From Azolla caroliniana (lineage: Eukaryota; Plantae; Polypodiophyta), in the NCBI GenBank assembly GCA_043228905.1, contig JBHGNT010000007.1, forward strand, positions 15,562,001 to 15,626,000: 64,000 bases of DNA, given 5' to 3'. Of the stretch, positions 39,776 to 52,934 are shown piece by piece (position 1 is the first letter of the stretch; each line of letters opens with the position of its first letter). The notes under the pieces were generated by a model. It searched no databases, was not told the DNA's origin, and worked only from the letters and a program-made list of their open reading frames with translations. The position numbers and the translations under genes were made by a program.

Positions 39776-41190
39776 GCGTCAATACTGCATGAATCCAAAT
39801 TACGCGGCTCGCGTAAAAGAGGAAATTCACAAACTTCTCAAGGTCGGATTCATTCAACCAGTCAAGCAAGCTACATGGCTAAGTCCAATAGTAGTCATAC
39901 CAAAGAAAAATGGCAAAATACGTGTGTTTGTGTGTGTGGACTACCGGAAATTGAACGTCGTAACCATTACAAACGCATTCCCTTTACCTTTCACCGACAG
40001 CGTACTGGATGCAGTCACAAGGCATGACATGTACAACTTTCTAGATGGCTTCAATGGGTACAATCAAGTATGCATGCACCCCGACGACCAAGAGAAGACG
40101 GCGTTTGTCATGGACTGGGGAGTTTATGCCGCAGTCGTCATGATGTTCAGGCTAAAGACGGCGCCGACTACATTTCAGCGGACAATCACAGAGATTTTTG
40201 GGGAATATATACCTGCCTTCATGTAGGTCTTTTTAGACGATTTTGCGATATATGGGATTGAATAAAGCTGAACATTTTACGCATCTACAGCTTTGCCTGG
40301 AGCGTTGTTGAACTTCACGCTTAAGCCTGAATCCCGCCAAATGCGCCTTTGGCGTCACCAACAGGGCCCTCCTCGGCCACCTAGTCAGTAAGGAGGGGAT
40401 AGCGGTCGATCCAAACAAAATCTCCGCAATTACTCATGTAAAGACGCCGACAAATGCCAAAGCACTCAACCGATTTCGGGGACAAATACGATGGCACAGT
40501 CGGATGATACGCTATTTGGCGGATTTTGCCACACCATTACATGCCACCATCCACCGTACTCCTTTCAAATGGATAGCAATGGAAGAAAAAGCGTATGATG
40601 CACTAAAAATAATGCTAATGCAGGCACCAATCGTACAGCCACCAGATTGGGCGAAACCATTTCACGTGTTTGTGGATGCCTCGGATATGGCAGTAGGTAG
40701 TGCGTTGATGCAGCTCATGGAGCCGAATTGGTACCGACCAGTGTACTACGCCAGTCGGAAACTATCAACGGCTGAGCGTAACTATTCCACAACGGAACGT
40801 GACGCGTTGGGTATGATATACAGCATCAATAAATTCCGGCATTATCTACTAGGGTGAAAATTCACGTTTCACGTGGATCATACGGCATTACTATATCTGG
40901 TGGGGAAACAAGCACTGACAGGGAAATTGGCTAGATGGATGTTGTTGCTCCAAGAATTCGACTTTGTAATTCAGCACCGACCGGGTACGCAACACGCGGT
41001 GGTGGATTTCTTGAGCAGATTAGATAATGCAGAAATGGTGCAAAAAGATGACGACGACTTTCCGGATGCGGACATCCTGTGTATAGCAACTTTAGCGGCA
41101 AGAACAGAAAAGACTTTTCTGGATCAGTGGTTGATGGAAATGACCTAGTTTCTGACCACGGGATTACCGCCACCACAACTAAGTACAGAC

Positions 41191-42022
41191 CAAGGTTGTT
41201 AGGTATGTTAGGTACGGTACGGATACCATACGTATTTAACGTTTTAATACCCGTATAGGTCCTCCTAATTTAAAAATATGTTAAATACGTTTTCTTAATA
41301 TGTTAAATACTTATAAAATACGTATTTTAGGTATAGTACATTAAATACTTCTAGAATTTGAAAATTATTTACCTTTCTAAAAAATATCTATAATATAGTA
41401 AAAAACATCTATGTTTACACAATTTTGTGATGTACAATGTAGTTCTACATCCTAAAATGCATATAAGACATTTGAACATTTCACATCCTAAAATACTTGT
41501 AGTAGTAATATGGATGTTGACATTCCCTTATTCTATAAATCAGTGTAAGTGTGTATCATGATGTTCTACTTCAAATTGTAATTATTTACAATTATGCCTT
41601 CATAGATTGAGGAATCTCTACGATTATCACACTCATGATAGGTTTCTCTTTTCTTCGTTTTCTTCTTATTCTTCTTCTATCTACTGCGATTATCACACTC
41701 AGGACAGGTTTATGTATTATTTTCTCTCTTCTTCTTCTTCTTCTTCATCTTCTTCATCGTCATCTCTTCTATTCTTCTTTCTTCCTTCCTTTGGCTTCTT
41801 TTTCACTAAATTTTTCTTTTTCTTTTGCTTTTTGTTAGGTTTTTACTTACATTTTCTTTATAAATACGTATTATACTTGTTTTTTTATAAATACGTTAAA
41901 TACCGTATTGGACAAATGTACATGATATTTGACTGAACAACATTGAGGTATAGTACGTACTATACAAATGATGAGGTACTATACGTATTTAAACGTTAAA
42001 TACGGGTACGTAAACAACCATG
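41191..42022. mobile_element. Non-autonomous hAT-type DNA transposon (MITE, 832 bp)
   Basis: 8-bp TSD GTACAGAC (41183-41190, 42023-42030). TIRs CAAGGTTGTT / AACAACCATG. Subterminal inverted CGTATTTAACGTTT. Excision restores PPPQLSTDEKKWLAIRS. Confidence 0.9.
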
Positions 42023-42550
42023 GTACAGACGAGAAAAAATGGTTGGCCATCCGGAGTCGTAATTTCTGTTTAGTCGAAGACATCACCAAGGTAGTGACGG
42101 CATCTAGAGGCGCGGAATACGGCAAGATGAGAAGGCAGTGGTTTTACGCGAAGCTCACTCTGGTATGGCGGGAGGACATTACGCGGGAAATGTTACAGCT
42201 CGGAAAATCTGGCAAGCAGGACTTTGGTGGCCGACTACGCAAAAGGATGCGTATGAATATTGCAAACAGTGTGATCTATGCCAACGGATGGGCCAACCCA
42301 CGGAAGTCGCGAAAATGCCACATCAACTAGTGTTGCCGTTGGATCCTTTCTAAAAATGGGGGCTGGATTTTGTGGGAACCTTTACCCCGGCGGCTGCCCG
42401 AATCAGCAGTAAGTATATCCTGGTGGTTGCGAATTACTGCACCAAGTGGGTAGAAGCGAAACCACTACGCGAAAATACTGCGGCAGTCACAGCGAAATTC
42501 CTTTACGAACATATCTAGTGTCGTTTTGGCTGCCCTATTGAGCTCATTAG

Positions 42551-44905
42551 GAAATGCATTTTCCTTGGATATGGATCAGACGGCGAAGTGGGATACCGAC
42601 TCTGGGACCCCGAACGCAGACAAATCGTTCGAAGTTCGGACGTTGTGTTCAACGAGTCGGCTATGACTCCATCAGTCGAAACACCAATCGAAGTCCGAAG
42701 GGTAACATTTTCCGATGTGCCGACCCTTCAAGAAGGCCCTGCTCTTAACACACGGTCAGCTTCACGGGTAGCTGAACCTTACACTACCGACTCGGACAAC
42801 TCCGACTCGGCACAGCAGAATAATTCGCTTTCGGACCATCCGACCTCGATACCCGATGCGACCAGTCCAGTCATACCTCGATGATCCGAGAGACTGTCGC
42901 AACCTCTGGAGAGGTATTCTCCTAGAATTTTCTTCACCGACGCCGGCGAACCGACGTCTTACGAAGAAGCATCGACATCTGTCGATTCAGCCACCTGGCA
43001 TCTGGCGATGGAGTCGGAAATGCACTCCATTCGGGCAAACAAGACTTGGGACCTGGTCGAATTACCTAAGAATCGACGTGCTCTTCCTTGCAAGTGGGTT
43101 TATCGACTAAAAGAGACGTCTGATTCGACCACCCCAAAGTACAAGGCCAGATTAGTTGCGAAGGGCTTCCGACAAGAATATGGCGTCGACTTCGACGAGA
43201 TTTTTTCACCAGTGGTGAAAATGACAACCCTTCGTTTTCTACTCGGCGTAGTGGCAGCCGACGACTTGGAGCTGATTCAGCTAGATGTCAAAACAGCCTT
43301 CCTCCATGGTGATCTTGAAGAGGAAATTTATATGGAGCAGCCAAAAGGCTTCGTGGCAACTGGCCAAGAACATCTAGTCTGCCGACTCAGGAAGAGTCTA
43401 TACGGCCTCAAACAGGCACCGCGACAATGGTACAAGAAGTTCGATGACTTCATCCAATCGATCGGCTTCTCAAAAAGCGATGAGGACCATTGTCTCTTTA
43501 CCACCACAGCTCAAGATGGATCACCCATCTTCCTCATCATTTACGTGGACGACATGCTAATTTCTGGACGCCACGCGGGCGAACTTGCCGATCTCATTCA
43601 GCAACTGCGGTTGAAGTTTGCCATGAAGGACCTCGGTCCGGCACGACACATACTTGGCATGAAGATTAGTCGGCACCGCGATAAAAGACATCTTTTTTTG
43701 TCTCAGACCGACTATATCGGACGTGTCTTGGAACGCTTCAACATGCAATCAGCCAAATCTGCTTCCACCCCGCTCCCCATGAATCTTCGGCTCTCTCAGC
43801 GAGACTGCCCGACATCCGGCCCGGAGGGGGAAGATATGAAGTCGGTACCGTATGCACCGGCAGTCGGCTCCCTTATGTACCTGATGGTCGCGACACGGCC
43901 TGATATCTCTCATGCCGTAGGAGTCGTTAGCAGATTTATGCACAATCCTGGCCGATCGCATTGGAACGCAGTCAAGCATGTGTTCAGATATCTGGCTGGC
44001 ACAAAAGACCACGGCATTCTTTTCGGTCCGAACCGAACCTCAGGCGTAGTCGGTTACACCGACTCGGATTTCGCCGGCTGTATAGACAGTCGGAAATCAA
44101 CAACCGGATACTGCTTCAAATTCGGCAATGGAGCAATTTCGTGGAAGTCGAAACTTCAGGAGTGCACAGCGACCTCAACGACCGAAGCAGAATATGTAGC
44201 TGCGTCCGACGCTGCAAAAGAAGCTTTGTGGCTCGGCCGGCTGGCGCACACGTTTCGGCAAGTCGACCATGACTCGGCCCCAGTTGTCTATAGCGACAGT
44301 CAAGGTGTTGTTGCCCTGTCGAAAAATCCGGTTCACCACAACGCCTCCAAACATATCGACGTTCGATATCACTTCGTTCGGGACTGCGTCATTTCAGGGA
44401 AAATCGGTCTAGAGAAAATATCCACAACCGACAATGTCGCAGATGGAATGACCAAGTGTCTTTCGGCAGACCGCTTTCGGTCTCTTCGGCATCAGATGGG
44501 CGTAACGACAAACCAGTCCGGTTAGAGCCGGACACAGCGCAGGATGGTTTCCGACAACCGACATCAGTTCCTTAATGATCGGCTTCAACTCTTCCGACCC
44601 GACCAGTTCGGTCTTCTGCCTTCGGACCCTGCCGACTCGAACAAAACTGATATGTCCGAGAACCTAGGTTTATACCTGTAATCTTAGATAACCCATGTAT
44701 ACGCCCATTACGGGGGAGTGTCGAATACAAGTGTATAATGGACGTATTCACACTATCCCCTTTGTATAGCTCAAGTTTGGGCCATTTGTGTAATTAGCAT
44801 AAACGGGAGTTGCCCTAAGTCGGTCACTATATAAAGTGACCTTGTAACCTTTTTGTAAGGTTGGTTGTATTGTTGTTTTCTATCTAATAGAAAGAGTCTT
44901 TTGTG

Positions 44906-44942
<37 letters not shown>

Positions 44943-44982
44943 GTGCACGATCTTGGTAACTGTCATACGCAGGTATTCAACA
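42551..44982 (+). mobile_element. 5'-truncated Ty1/copia with a 3' LTR (44719-44982)
   Basis: Begins at KCIFLGYG..GYRLWDP. PPT GGGGGAG. LTR TGTCGAATAC...GTATTCAACA with TATATAAA. Confidence 0.92.
43008..44525 (+). CDS. Copia reverse transcriptase-RNase H, uninterrupted 505-aa frame (TE-derived)
   Basis: KARLVAKGF, QLDVKTAFLHG, SLYGLKQAPRQW, IYVDDML, GYTDSD, KHIDVRYHFVR. Confidence 0.85.
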   Translation: MESEMHSIRANKTWDLVELPKNRRALPCKWVYRLKETSDSTTPKYKARLVAKGFRQEYGVDFDEIFSPVVKMTTLRFLLGVVAADDLELIQLDVKTAFLHGDLEEEIYMEQPKGFVATGQEHLVCRLRKSLYGLKQAPRQWYKKFDDFIQSIGFSKSDEDHCLFTTTAQDGSPIFLIIYVDDMLISGRHAGELADLIQQLRLKFAMKDLGPARHILGMKISRHRDKRHLFLSQTDYIGRVLERFNMQSAKSASTPLPMNLRLSQRDCPTSGPEGEDMKSVPYAPAVGSLMYLMVATRPDISHAVGVVSRFMHNPGRSHWNAVKHVFRYLAGTKDHGILFGPNRTSGVVGYTDSDFAGCIDSRKSTTGYCFKFGNGAISWKSKLQECTATSTTEAEYVAASDAAKEALWLGRLAHTFRQVDHDSAPVVYSDSQGVVALSKNPVHHNASKHIDVRYHFVRDCVISGKIGLEKISTTDNVADGMTKCLSADRFRSLRHQMGVTTNQSG

Positions 44983-45029
44983 GCAATCGAATGCTACTTG
45001 ATCTTCCGCATTGACGGCCTTGTCTCTCC

Positions 45030-48000
45030 CAACATTGCGACGAGGACCTTTATCATATGAAGAGAAACAACGTCGTCAAGCAAATCGACTATGCTTATAT
45101 TGTGGAGGTCCAGGACATATTGTCATTCATTGTCCACACAGACCAAGACGTCAGGTATATCACATTAACTATGATAATAGAAATGAGTCTAGCATTATTG
45201 ATAATAGAAATGAGTCTAGCATTGTTGAAACTGTGCCAACTAGTGTTTCTAGTAATCCAACTCTATCCAATAAGTTTGAGGTCCTAAACTAATTAGAAGA
45301 AAAGTCAAAAGAATAAGTCCGGCCAAAATCAGAGCCGTTTGGTTGGACAGTGTGGGTTCCATCTCTTCCAAGCATGTTAGTAGAGTTTTCTCAAGCCAAG
45401 TACAAGTTAGGACACCAAGTTGTCAACTTCATGTCCCAGCTCTCTTAGATACCGGAGCCAAATTTTATTTCATGGATAGAGATTTTGCCCGAAAACATCA
45501 AATAGCCTTGCATAAACTTCCTTGCCCAGTTTCCGTAGTAGTGATTGAAGGGGGAGTTTGTTGGGAATGTCCCTTCAGTGGGAGGATGATCTGACTATTC
45601 GGAAAGCCGACAGTCGAAGAGTCGGAAAACAAGAGCCGAGTTGATGAGGAACCGGAATTGTGTAAATAGCCAACTCGGGAGACTATATTTGTAAACAATC
45701 TGAATGTGCGCCCCATGAGGGCTATGTATGTAAATAGCCAGAAAGTTGTGTAAGCACATATGCAACTAGGGCAAACCTTTTTTGATACGTAGTGAAGAAT
45801 AGTAAGTGTGCAGAGAAAGCAGAGAGTGTGTGTGTGACCCGCGTCATAGCTGTGTGAGTAACAGCAGACGCGAAGAGCCCTATGCAGCTGATACACTCGA
45901 CAGAGTGTTGTATTTATCTTGGTGTTGTATATCCACTTTGTATAGTGAAGATTTTGTTCACCCGTGGTTTTCCCCGTTTTAGGGTTTCCACGTAAATCTC
46001 TGTGCACCATTGTTCATTTTGTCTTTGTTTCTTAGCATATTTAACGCACAGTTCGTTTATTGTGATCTATTCCGCAACGATTTCTCGACAGGACATCCCA
46101 TAGCTTCTAGAAAGATATTCGAGGAGTCTGAGCCAATACACATACTCTTAGGTGGTTTAGGATGTGTAGTCTCCTTTAACATAATCTGTAGCCCTGAGCA
46201 TCCAATAGTCCTTGGTTTGCCTTGGTTCGAGCTACACAACCCAAGAATTGATTGGAGACGGCGAGAAATTAGGTACCCTTCAAAAGGAAACATAGTAGTC
46301 CAGGGTCGAACCCAGGATCCTCCCCTTGAAAAACATAGTGTTACCAATTCACCCTCTACCAAACATGTTGTTCCTCTTCATCAGTTGTCAACCATCACCC
46401 TAGAACAATTATGCCAAGGAGCAAAAGAAGATTTATTCTTATTTGCCATATTAGCTGCATCTTCTAGTGACACTCAAGGGAAGTCAGAGGTCTACATTCC
46501 TAAAAAGTACCAAGAATATGTTGATGTCTTCAACAAAGTCAAAGTTAGTGTACTTCCAAAGCATCGGTCATACAATTGTCCCATTGATCTACAGCTAGGA
46601 AAAGAGTCACCATGGGGTCCGATCTACAATTTGTCACCAACGGAGCTTGAGGTTCTTCGAGCATACATTGACGAGAATCTTGCAAGTGGATTTATTCGAC
46701 ATTCAAAGTCTCCAGCTGGTGCTCCTATCTTTTTCGTGAAGAAAAAGGACGGTTCACTTCATTTGGTCATGGATTATCGGGGCTTAAATAAAGTGACAAT
46801 AAGAAATAGGTATGCTCTACCTTTAATTTCCAGTCTTTTAGAGCGCATTGGTGGGGCAAAGCATTTTACCAAGATTGATCTAAGGGGTGCATATAATCTT
46901 GTCCGTATTCGACCGGGAGACGAGTGGAAGACTGCATTTCGCACTCGATATGGCCATTTCGAGTATACAGTTATGCCTTTTGGGCTCACAAATGCTCCTG
47001 TCGTGTTTCAACATATCGCAAATGACATTTTCTGAGATTTTCTAGATATCTTTCTTATCATCTATTTAGATGATCTATTGATTTACTCTAGAACACAAGC
47101 GGAGCATGATATACATGTCTGGAAGGTACTCCAACGCTTAAGAGAGTATGGTCTTTATGCCAAACTAGAGAAGTGCAGTTTTGATTGCAAAGAAGTTGAG
47201 TTCTTGGGTTATACCATTTCATCCAAAGGTATCTTCATGGATCCAGTGAAAGTTCAAACAGTATTGGAATGGCATACTCCAAGCTCCATTCGCCATGTCC
47301 AGTGTTTCCTTGGATTTGCCAACTTCTACTGCAAATTCATATGGAATTATTCGAAGATTGTATTGCCACTTACTCAACTCACCAAGAAAAATCAAGCATT
47401 TGTTTGGACTCTTGAAGCAAACAAAGCCTTTACTCAGTTGAAAGAGGCATTCACATCAGCTCCTATCATAGCTCATGTTGATCCAGAAAGACCATTTATC
47501 ATTGAGGCAGATGCATCCGACTTTGCATTAGGGAGCATCCTATCACAACCAGGTGAAGATGGGCACTTACATCCAGTCATGTTTCACTCAAGAAAGTTTA
47601 ATGTTGCGGAGATCAACTACGAGGTGCATGACAAAGAGTTACTAGTTGTGGTCGACTCTTTTGCGCAATGGCGACATTTCCTAGAAGGTTCGCCTCATCA
47701 AATCATCATTTATAGTGACCACAAAAATCTTACATATTTTCAGACGACTCGAGTGCTAAATAGGCGACAAGCTCGGTGGGCGCAATTTTTAACTCGTTTT
47801 GATTTCAAGATCATTTTCCGCCCAGGGAACCAACAAGGGCAAGAAGATGCTCTATCTCTATGCTCATATTTGGCACTTTGCCTTGGATATCTAGGTTTCG
47901 ACAATCAAAAGCAAGTTCTCCTTGGTCCAACAAAGCTACAAGCAATCATGGTTTGTGCCACGCCATTGGATTCAAGTCTTCTTGATACTATTCAACAACA

Positions 48001-49902
48001 ACTTAACTTTGATGATTTTGCTAAGTATTTCTTCACCCACCTTGGTCCAAATTATGCATTTTGCCCCACATTGCCAGGGACATCTCGACGCTATAAGGAG
48101 TTCAAGTGGCAAGATAACTTACTTTTCTACAAGAATCTACTTTATGTCCCTAATGGATCACCACGCCTTCGAGTGTTGGAGCACTGTCATGATGCACGTA
48201 TGGCCAGACACTTTGGTATTGCCAAGACCATGGAGCTAGTGAAGCGACAATTCGTTGAAGATTATGTTCGCACATGTGACACATGTTGTCGAGCTAAAAT
48301 GCTTAGGCATCATCCTTATGGGTTGTTACAACCATTGCGACTCCGAGCAAGCCATGGCAGTCAATTACTATGGATTTCGTTACAGATCTGTCACCTTCAC
48401 AAGGTTTTGATGCTATTTTAACCGTACTGGATCGATTTACCAAGATGGCACATTTTCTACCCTACGTAAAAAGCATCAGTAGTCAAGAAACTGTAGATAT
48501 CATTATGTGTGAAGTGTTTCGCCATCATGGTCTTCCAAACGACATAATCAGTGATCGTGGTCCGCAATTTATCTCTCACTTTTGGAAGCACCTATGTGAC
48601 GGGCTCCGAATCTCTTGCAAACTCTCTTCAGCATATCATCCCCAAACTGATGACCAAATAGAGCGCACAAATCAAACACTTGAGCAATATCTTCGATGTT
48701 TCATCAGTTATCAACAAGATGATTGGAGTCATATATTTCATCTTGTAGAGTTTGCATATAATAACACCATACACTCTTCTACCAAGGTCACACCTTTCTA
48801 TGCCTATACTGGCAACCATCCTCAATGGTGTCTCTTGGACATTCCAGTGATCTCACCAAACCCTAGTGCAGAGCAACACCTCCACAGACTACAACACCTT
48901 CAGTCTGAGTTGTCTTCACATCTTCAAAAAGCTCAAGCCCAACATAAGGCCCATGCAGATCGACATCGTCTTCCGTCGCCATTCAAGGTTGGTGATCGGG
49001 TATGGTTGTTACGTCGTCACATAAAGACTACTCGACCGTGTGATAAACTAGATTATAAACGCTTGGGTCCTTTTGTCATCACGAAGCGGATTAATGATGC
49101 AACATTCCGTCTTGATCTTCCTGCAAGTTTTGCGGCTTCATCCAGTCTTTCATAGCTCTGTTTTGGAGCCTTACCACACTAGCTCGATTCCCAATCGTGT
49201 GGTGCCGCCACCACCTCCTCTCCAACTTGTTGATGGCCTAGAGTATGAGGTAGCCTCCATTCTTGATTCAAAGATTGTGCGCAATAAGTTGTATTATCTA
49301 ATTGATTGGCTAGGCTATACTCCGAGCGATCGCACATGGGAACCCGTTGATAATGTTTGTAATGCTCAGGCTCTTATTGACGACTTCCATCGTCGCTATC
49401 CCAACAATCCCGGCCCTGCATTGTTAACAACTCCTTCCACTCGTCGTTTTAAGAGGAGGGATAGTGTCATAAATCCGTGAACATTATGTGGCTTCACTTG
49501 AGCTTGAACCCAAGACCTTGTAATACATAATCAAGAACCTAACCATTAAGATAGCATATAATTATATAAAATAATAAAAGCTATTTCTTGTAATAGACTA
49601 ATATTGTAAATGTTCTAGAACATTCTAGAATATCCTAGAACATCTTAGAATATTCTAGGTCAAAAACATTCTAGAACATTATAGAAATCACTAGGTTATT
49701 CTATATGAACCTATAAATATGGACATACAATTCTTCTCAAAACCAATTCGAATCAACACTAGTCTTAAGCTCTCATCGCCTATCTTGTATCCATTCTTAT
49801 TCTACTTTAATACATTCATTCTTCTCTTATCATTTCATTCCTCTTCTTGTGATCTCTTTATATCTTTCTTCTGTCATTTTACCTTCTCTCTTGGTTCTGA
49901 CA
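45030..49902 (+). mobile_element. 5'-truncated, decayed Tcn1-like chromovirus (element C) with 3' LTR 49465-49902
   Basis: gag end [36 protein letters not shown], RNase H, integrase, chromodomain YEVASILDSKIVRNKLYYLIDWLGY. PPT AAGAGGAGGGATAG; LTR TGTCA...TGACA. Confidence 0.93.
45549..46090 (+). mobile_element. PPT plus LTR (45559-46090) interrupting the chromovirus protease
   Basis: AGGGGGAGTT followed by TGTTGGGA...TCTCGACA. Splits VVVID|GHPIAS. No TSD seen. Confidence 0.75.
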
Positions 49903-52900
49903 CCTACCGATGGCTTAAATTTATATAAATGAAGAATCCATAAATTTTTCCATATCTCCTCTCCTGGCAATAAACTCCTAACACCATGTTTGGCAAGTAA
50001 TGTTTTACTTTGTATAAAGGGATCAATCAAACCTAAACTCTAAAGGGATCAACCAAACCTAAACCTCTTTTCCATTTAGGCTGTATAAGAACCGACCAAG
50101 CTACCTTTGCTACATTGTATTGTGTACAATAGCATTCCCCCAAATAAAATTTTGCACTAGGCATTGAACTTTAAGCATTACTAAACTAAAAATAGTCGTG
50201 TAAACGCTATATACCAAATGGTCTAGGAGGAGAAAAGCATTGAATTAGCAATTGCACGTCATGCAGATAACTTTTCCTTATTCTAGCATATTAGTCTATT
50301 CCTTAATCTTAACAACAAGGACGCAATCATATCTTTTGCATTTAATCCCAACCCCACTCTGCATTCTAAATACCTAATGGAGTGCCCTTTAGGTATCCAC
50401 GTGAATCTTGAGCTAGGTACAACACTATGTTGAATCCTTGACTATATAATATCCCGTTTAAACAAATCATCTCCAAAAAAGGATCTAGCCTTCAACAAAT
50501 TATCATAATAATCAGAGGTTATTCATCTAACTAGGATCATTGGTATAAGAGCCATTAGGACATTTTAAACGGGAGATCCTAGCAATCAACTTATGGTGAG
50601 TATGCACTGCAAAGAAGAATTTATTTACTTTATCTCCCAACTCTACCCATTCAGAAGATATATTGTGGTAAATAAATTCAGCGGAAACCTTTTCTAATTC
50701 CAATATCTGATTCCCTAATTGTATCACTCTAGAGCTTATATAAGTCAAATATGGCCTTCTCTCTTGCAAATGCTGCAAGGACCTCAATCCCCTACAAAGT
50801 CTTCCTATTTTAGTGAAGCATAAAACACTTGTTTGGCCTTACAGCAGAAGAATTTTCGTATTTCAGTAATAGCCATCTGAACACTAGATAATGCGTAGTC
50901 ATAAGAATAGTCGTACTTATTCCAAATATTATACAGAACCGGATCACAATCTTGTCTAAGAAACACATGATTCGGAATTCTAAATCGAGAAGTTTTATAG
51001 TGCTCCTGCAAGACTATAATTAAACGAAGTGGTGCATGATCAGAAAAGGAAAATGAAGGTAAAATTCCAATGGAGCCTCCTTTGTCCCGTAGAATCTATC
51101 TAACCTAGACAAATTAGTATGTAACTTTCTTCTATCTGATCTGGAGTACGCTAAAGAATCCTGCAGCCTTACAAAAGAAGACAGATGCCACAAATCCATT
51201 AATCGCAAAGAAAAAATCAATCATTCCCATTCATATAATTCTGAACTAGCTAATGTATGTGACCTTCCTCCTAACCTATCACACACGTCCTCCAACATAT
51301 TAAAGTCACCCGCAATCGCCCAATGGTCCACAATAGGTAACTGTGAAAGTATGCTCTTCCATAATACCATTCTATCTCTTGCATGATTTGGTGCATAAAT
51401 ATTCAATAGACCCCACTTCTTCAAACCTATTTGAAAAATTACATATTGACCTCGACCACATGACAAGACTCCATAATGTAAGAAGGAGAACAACCGTGTA
51501 TCATTTATTGCTATGAAAAGTTTCGCTTTCAGACTATTATCACCAACTGTAGGCACCCAAAACTGTCTCCACTAGCCTGGCAACAAGTTTCAATATTTCT
51601 GAATCCTTTGTTCATTTAGATGGTGCTCTTGAATAAGAAGAACATCAATCCTACCTACCAAGGACTTCCTCAACTGATGACGGAAAACACTCCTTACTTT
51701 ACAACAATTTCTGCCTCCTAGACCCTGTGCATTCCATGATATAATATTTCACCTATCCATCATTCATAATTTTTCCTCCTATTCTTCTTTCGGCAAGTGC
51801 AACATCTCTACCCTTTCTTCCATCTTTTGAAGCCCGTAATTGTCTCTTATTAGACCAAAGTTCTTTCCCTATCACCTTGTGTGATCACATTGGCATGTGT
51901 TTATCTAATGTAGAAACCCTATTAGAAGACCTAGCAACAGAAGTGAAAGAAACTATATTCTCACAATCCATGTCAACATGTCCAAGGTCTACCTTGACCA
52001 CTTCAGTTTGTTGAATATCATTCAGAAGTAGGGGCATATCATATTGTTGTAAATGATCGAAAATAGATTGTTTACCCTTATTAAGTTGATTATTAACTTT
52101 TTTAACAGATTCCAAAGGTTGTACCTATAAAAGGATGTCCTGAGAATTATGTTCCACACAATGTTCATTTGTGAAAACTGAGGGGGAAAGTCTGTTATCC
52201 ACTTTTAAACTATTACTCGCATCCTTTTCCACTTCCCACAAAGAGTGATAAGGGTTAGTTTCAAGTAATAACACTAGATTAATCATTCTACTAATAGGTT
52301 TAAAAACATGTTTTGCTTAAACTGTAGACCAACCATCATTATTAACAACTACTCGGTTAGGTATATGGGCTTCAACATTCAGGCGTCGCTTCTGACAATC
52401 TCGACCTAAATGACCAAACTGACGGCACACAAAACATTGATCAGGCAAACCTTGATAATACACCTTTTGCAGCATTGGAGGTTTATTAATAAGTCAATTA
52501 GGTAAAGATATAGACGTCGGCAAACAAACATTTATTGGTGCGATCAACCGAACTGCTGGAACCCCACCCACTCTATCTATCCCAAAAGCATGTCCATCGC
52601 ATCGCACATAGCAGTGACTTTACCTAGCAAAGCCCCAATGCGAGGAAGAACATTCCTCCACTCCTTCCTCAAACCAAGGAATATCATCGTAAAAACCATA
52701 CTAGACTCCTGATCCTGCAAAATGTTATCCACGACCATTTGTGAAAGGAAATCCACGCACCTTCCACACCCACCTCCTTAATCGCAAAAAGTTTGCTAAC
52801 AAACTCCTCATCTACCAATTCCACAAGGTAGCATCTAGACATAGATTGAATGTCGAGGATGTTAGCCACTTCCTCCGAAAAAGTATCATATAAAATATGT

Positions 52901-52934
52901 CGAAGTTCCAATCTATTAGGTCATTGTCATAACT

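Larger units (their letters stand above)
32480..39825 (+). repeat. Tandem triplication, 3 x 2448 bp (32480-34927, 34928-37375, 37376-39823)
   Basis: The ORF track repeats at exactly +2448 and +4896. The two junctions are identical, with AA microhomology. Only one difference seen (T>A at 39703). Confidence 0.97.
30355..42550 (+). mobile_element. Non-chromoviral Ty3/gypsy element, 3'-truncated, with nested inserts and an internal triplication
   Basis: 5' LTR starts TGTTGTCC where the host integrase breaks (3' end uncertain, ~31360). gag 31580-33019 (YPRFNG; three CCHC knuckles), protease VIDGGSSVNVI, RT VDYRKLN/FLDGFNGYNQ/FLDDF, RNase H FHVFVDASD, integrase HHCC and WGLDFVG. Confidence 0.9.

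Noticed and set aside
43008-44525. Intact copia RT-RNase H as a domesticated gene
   Set aside because: The upstream linker has stops and the PPT and LTR follow directly; a young truncated TE is the simpler explanation.
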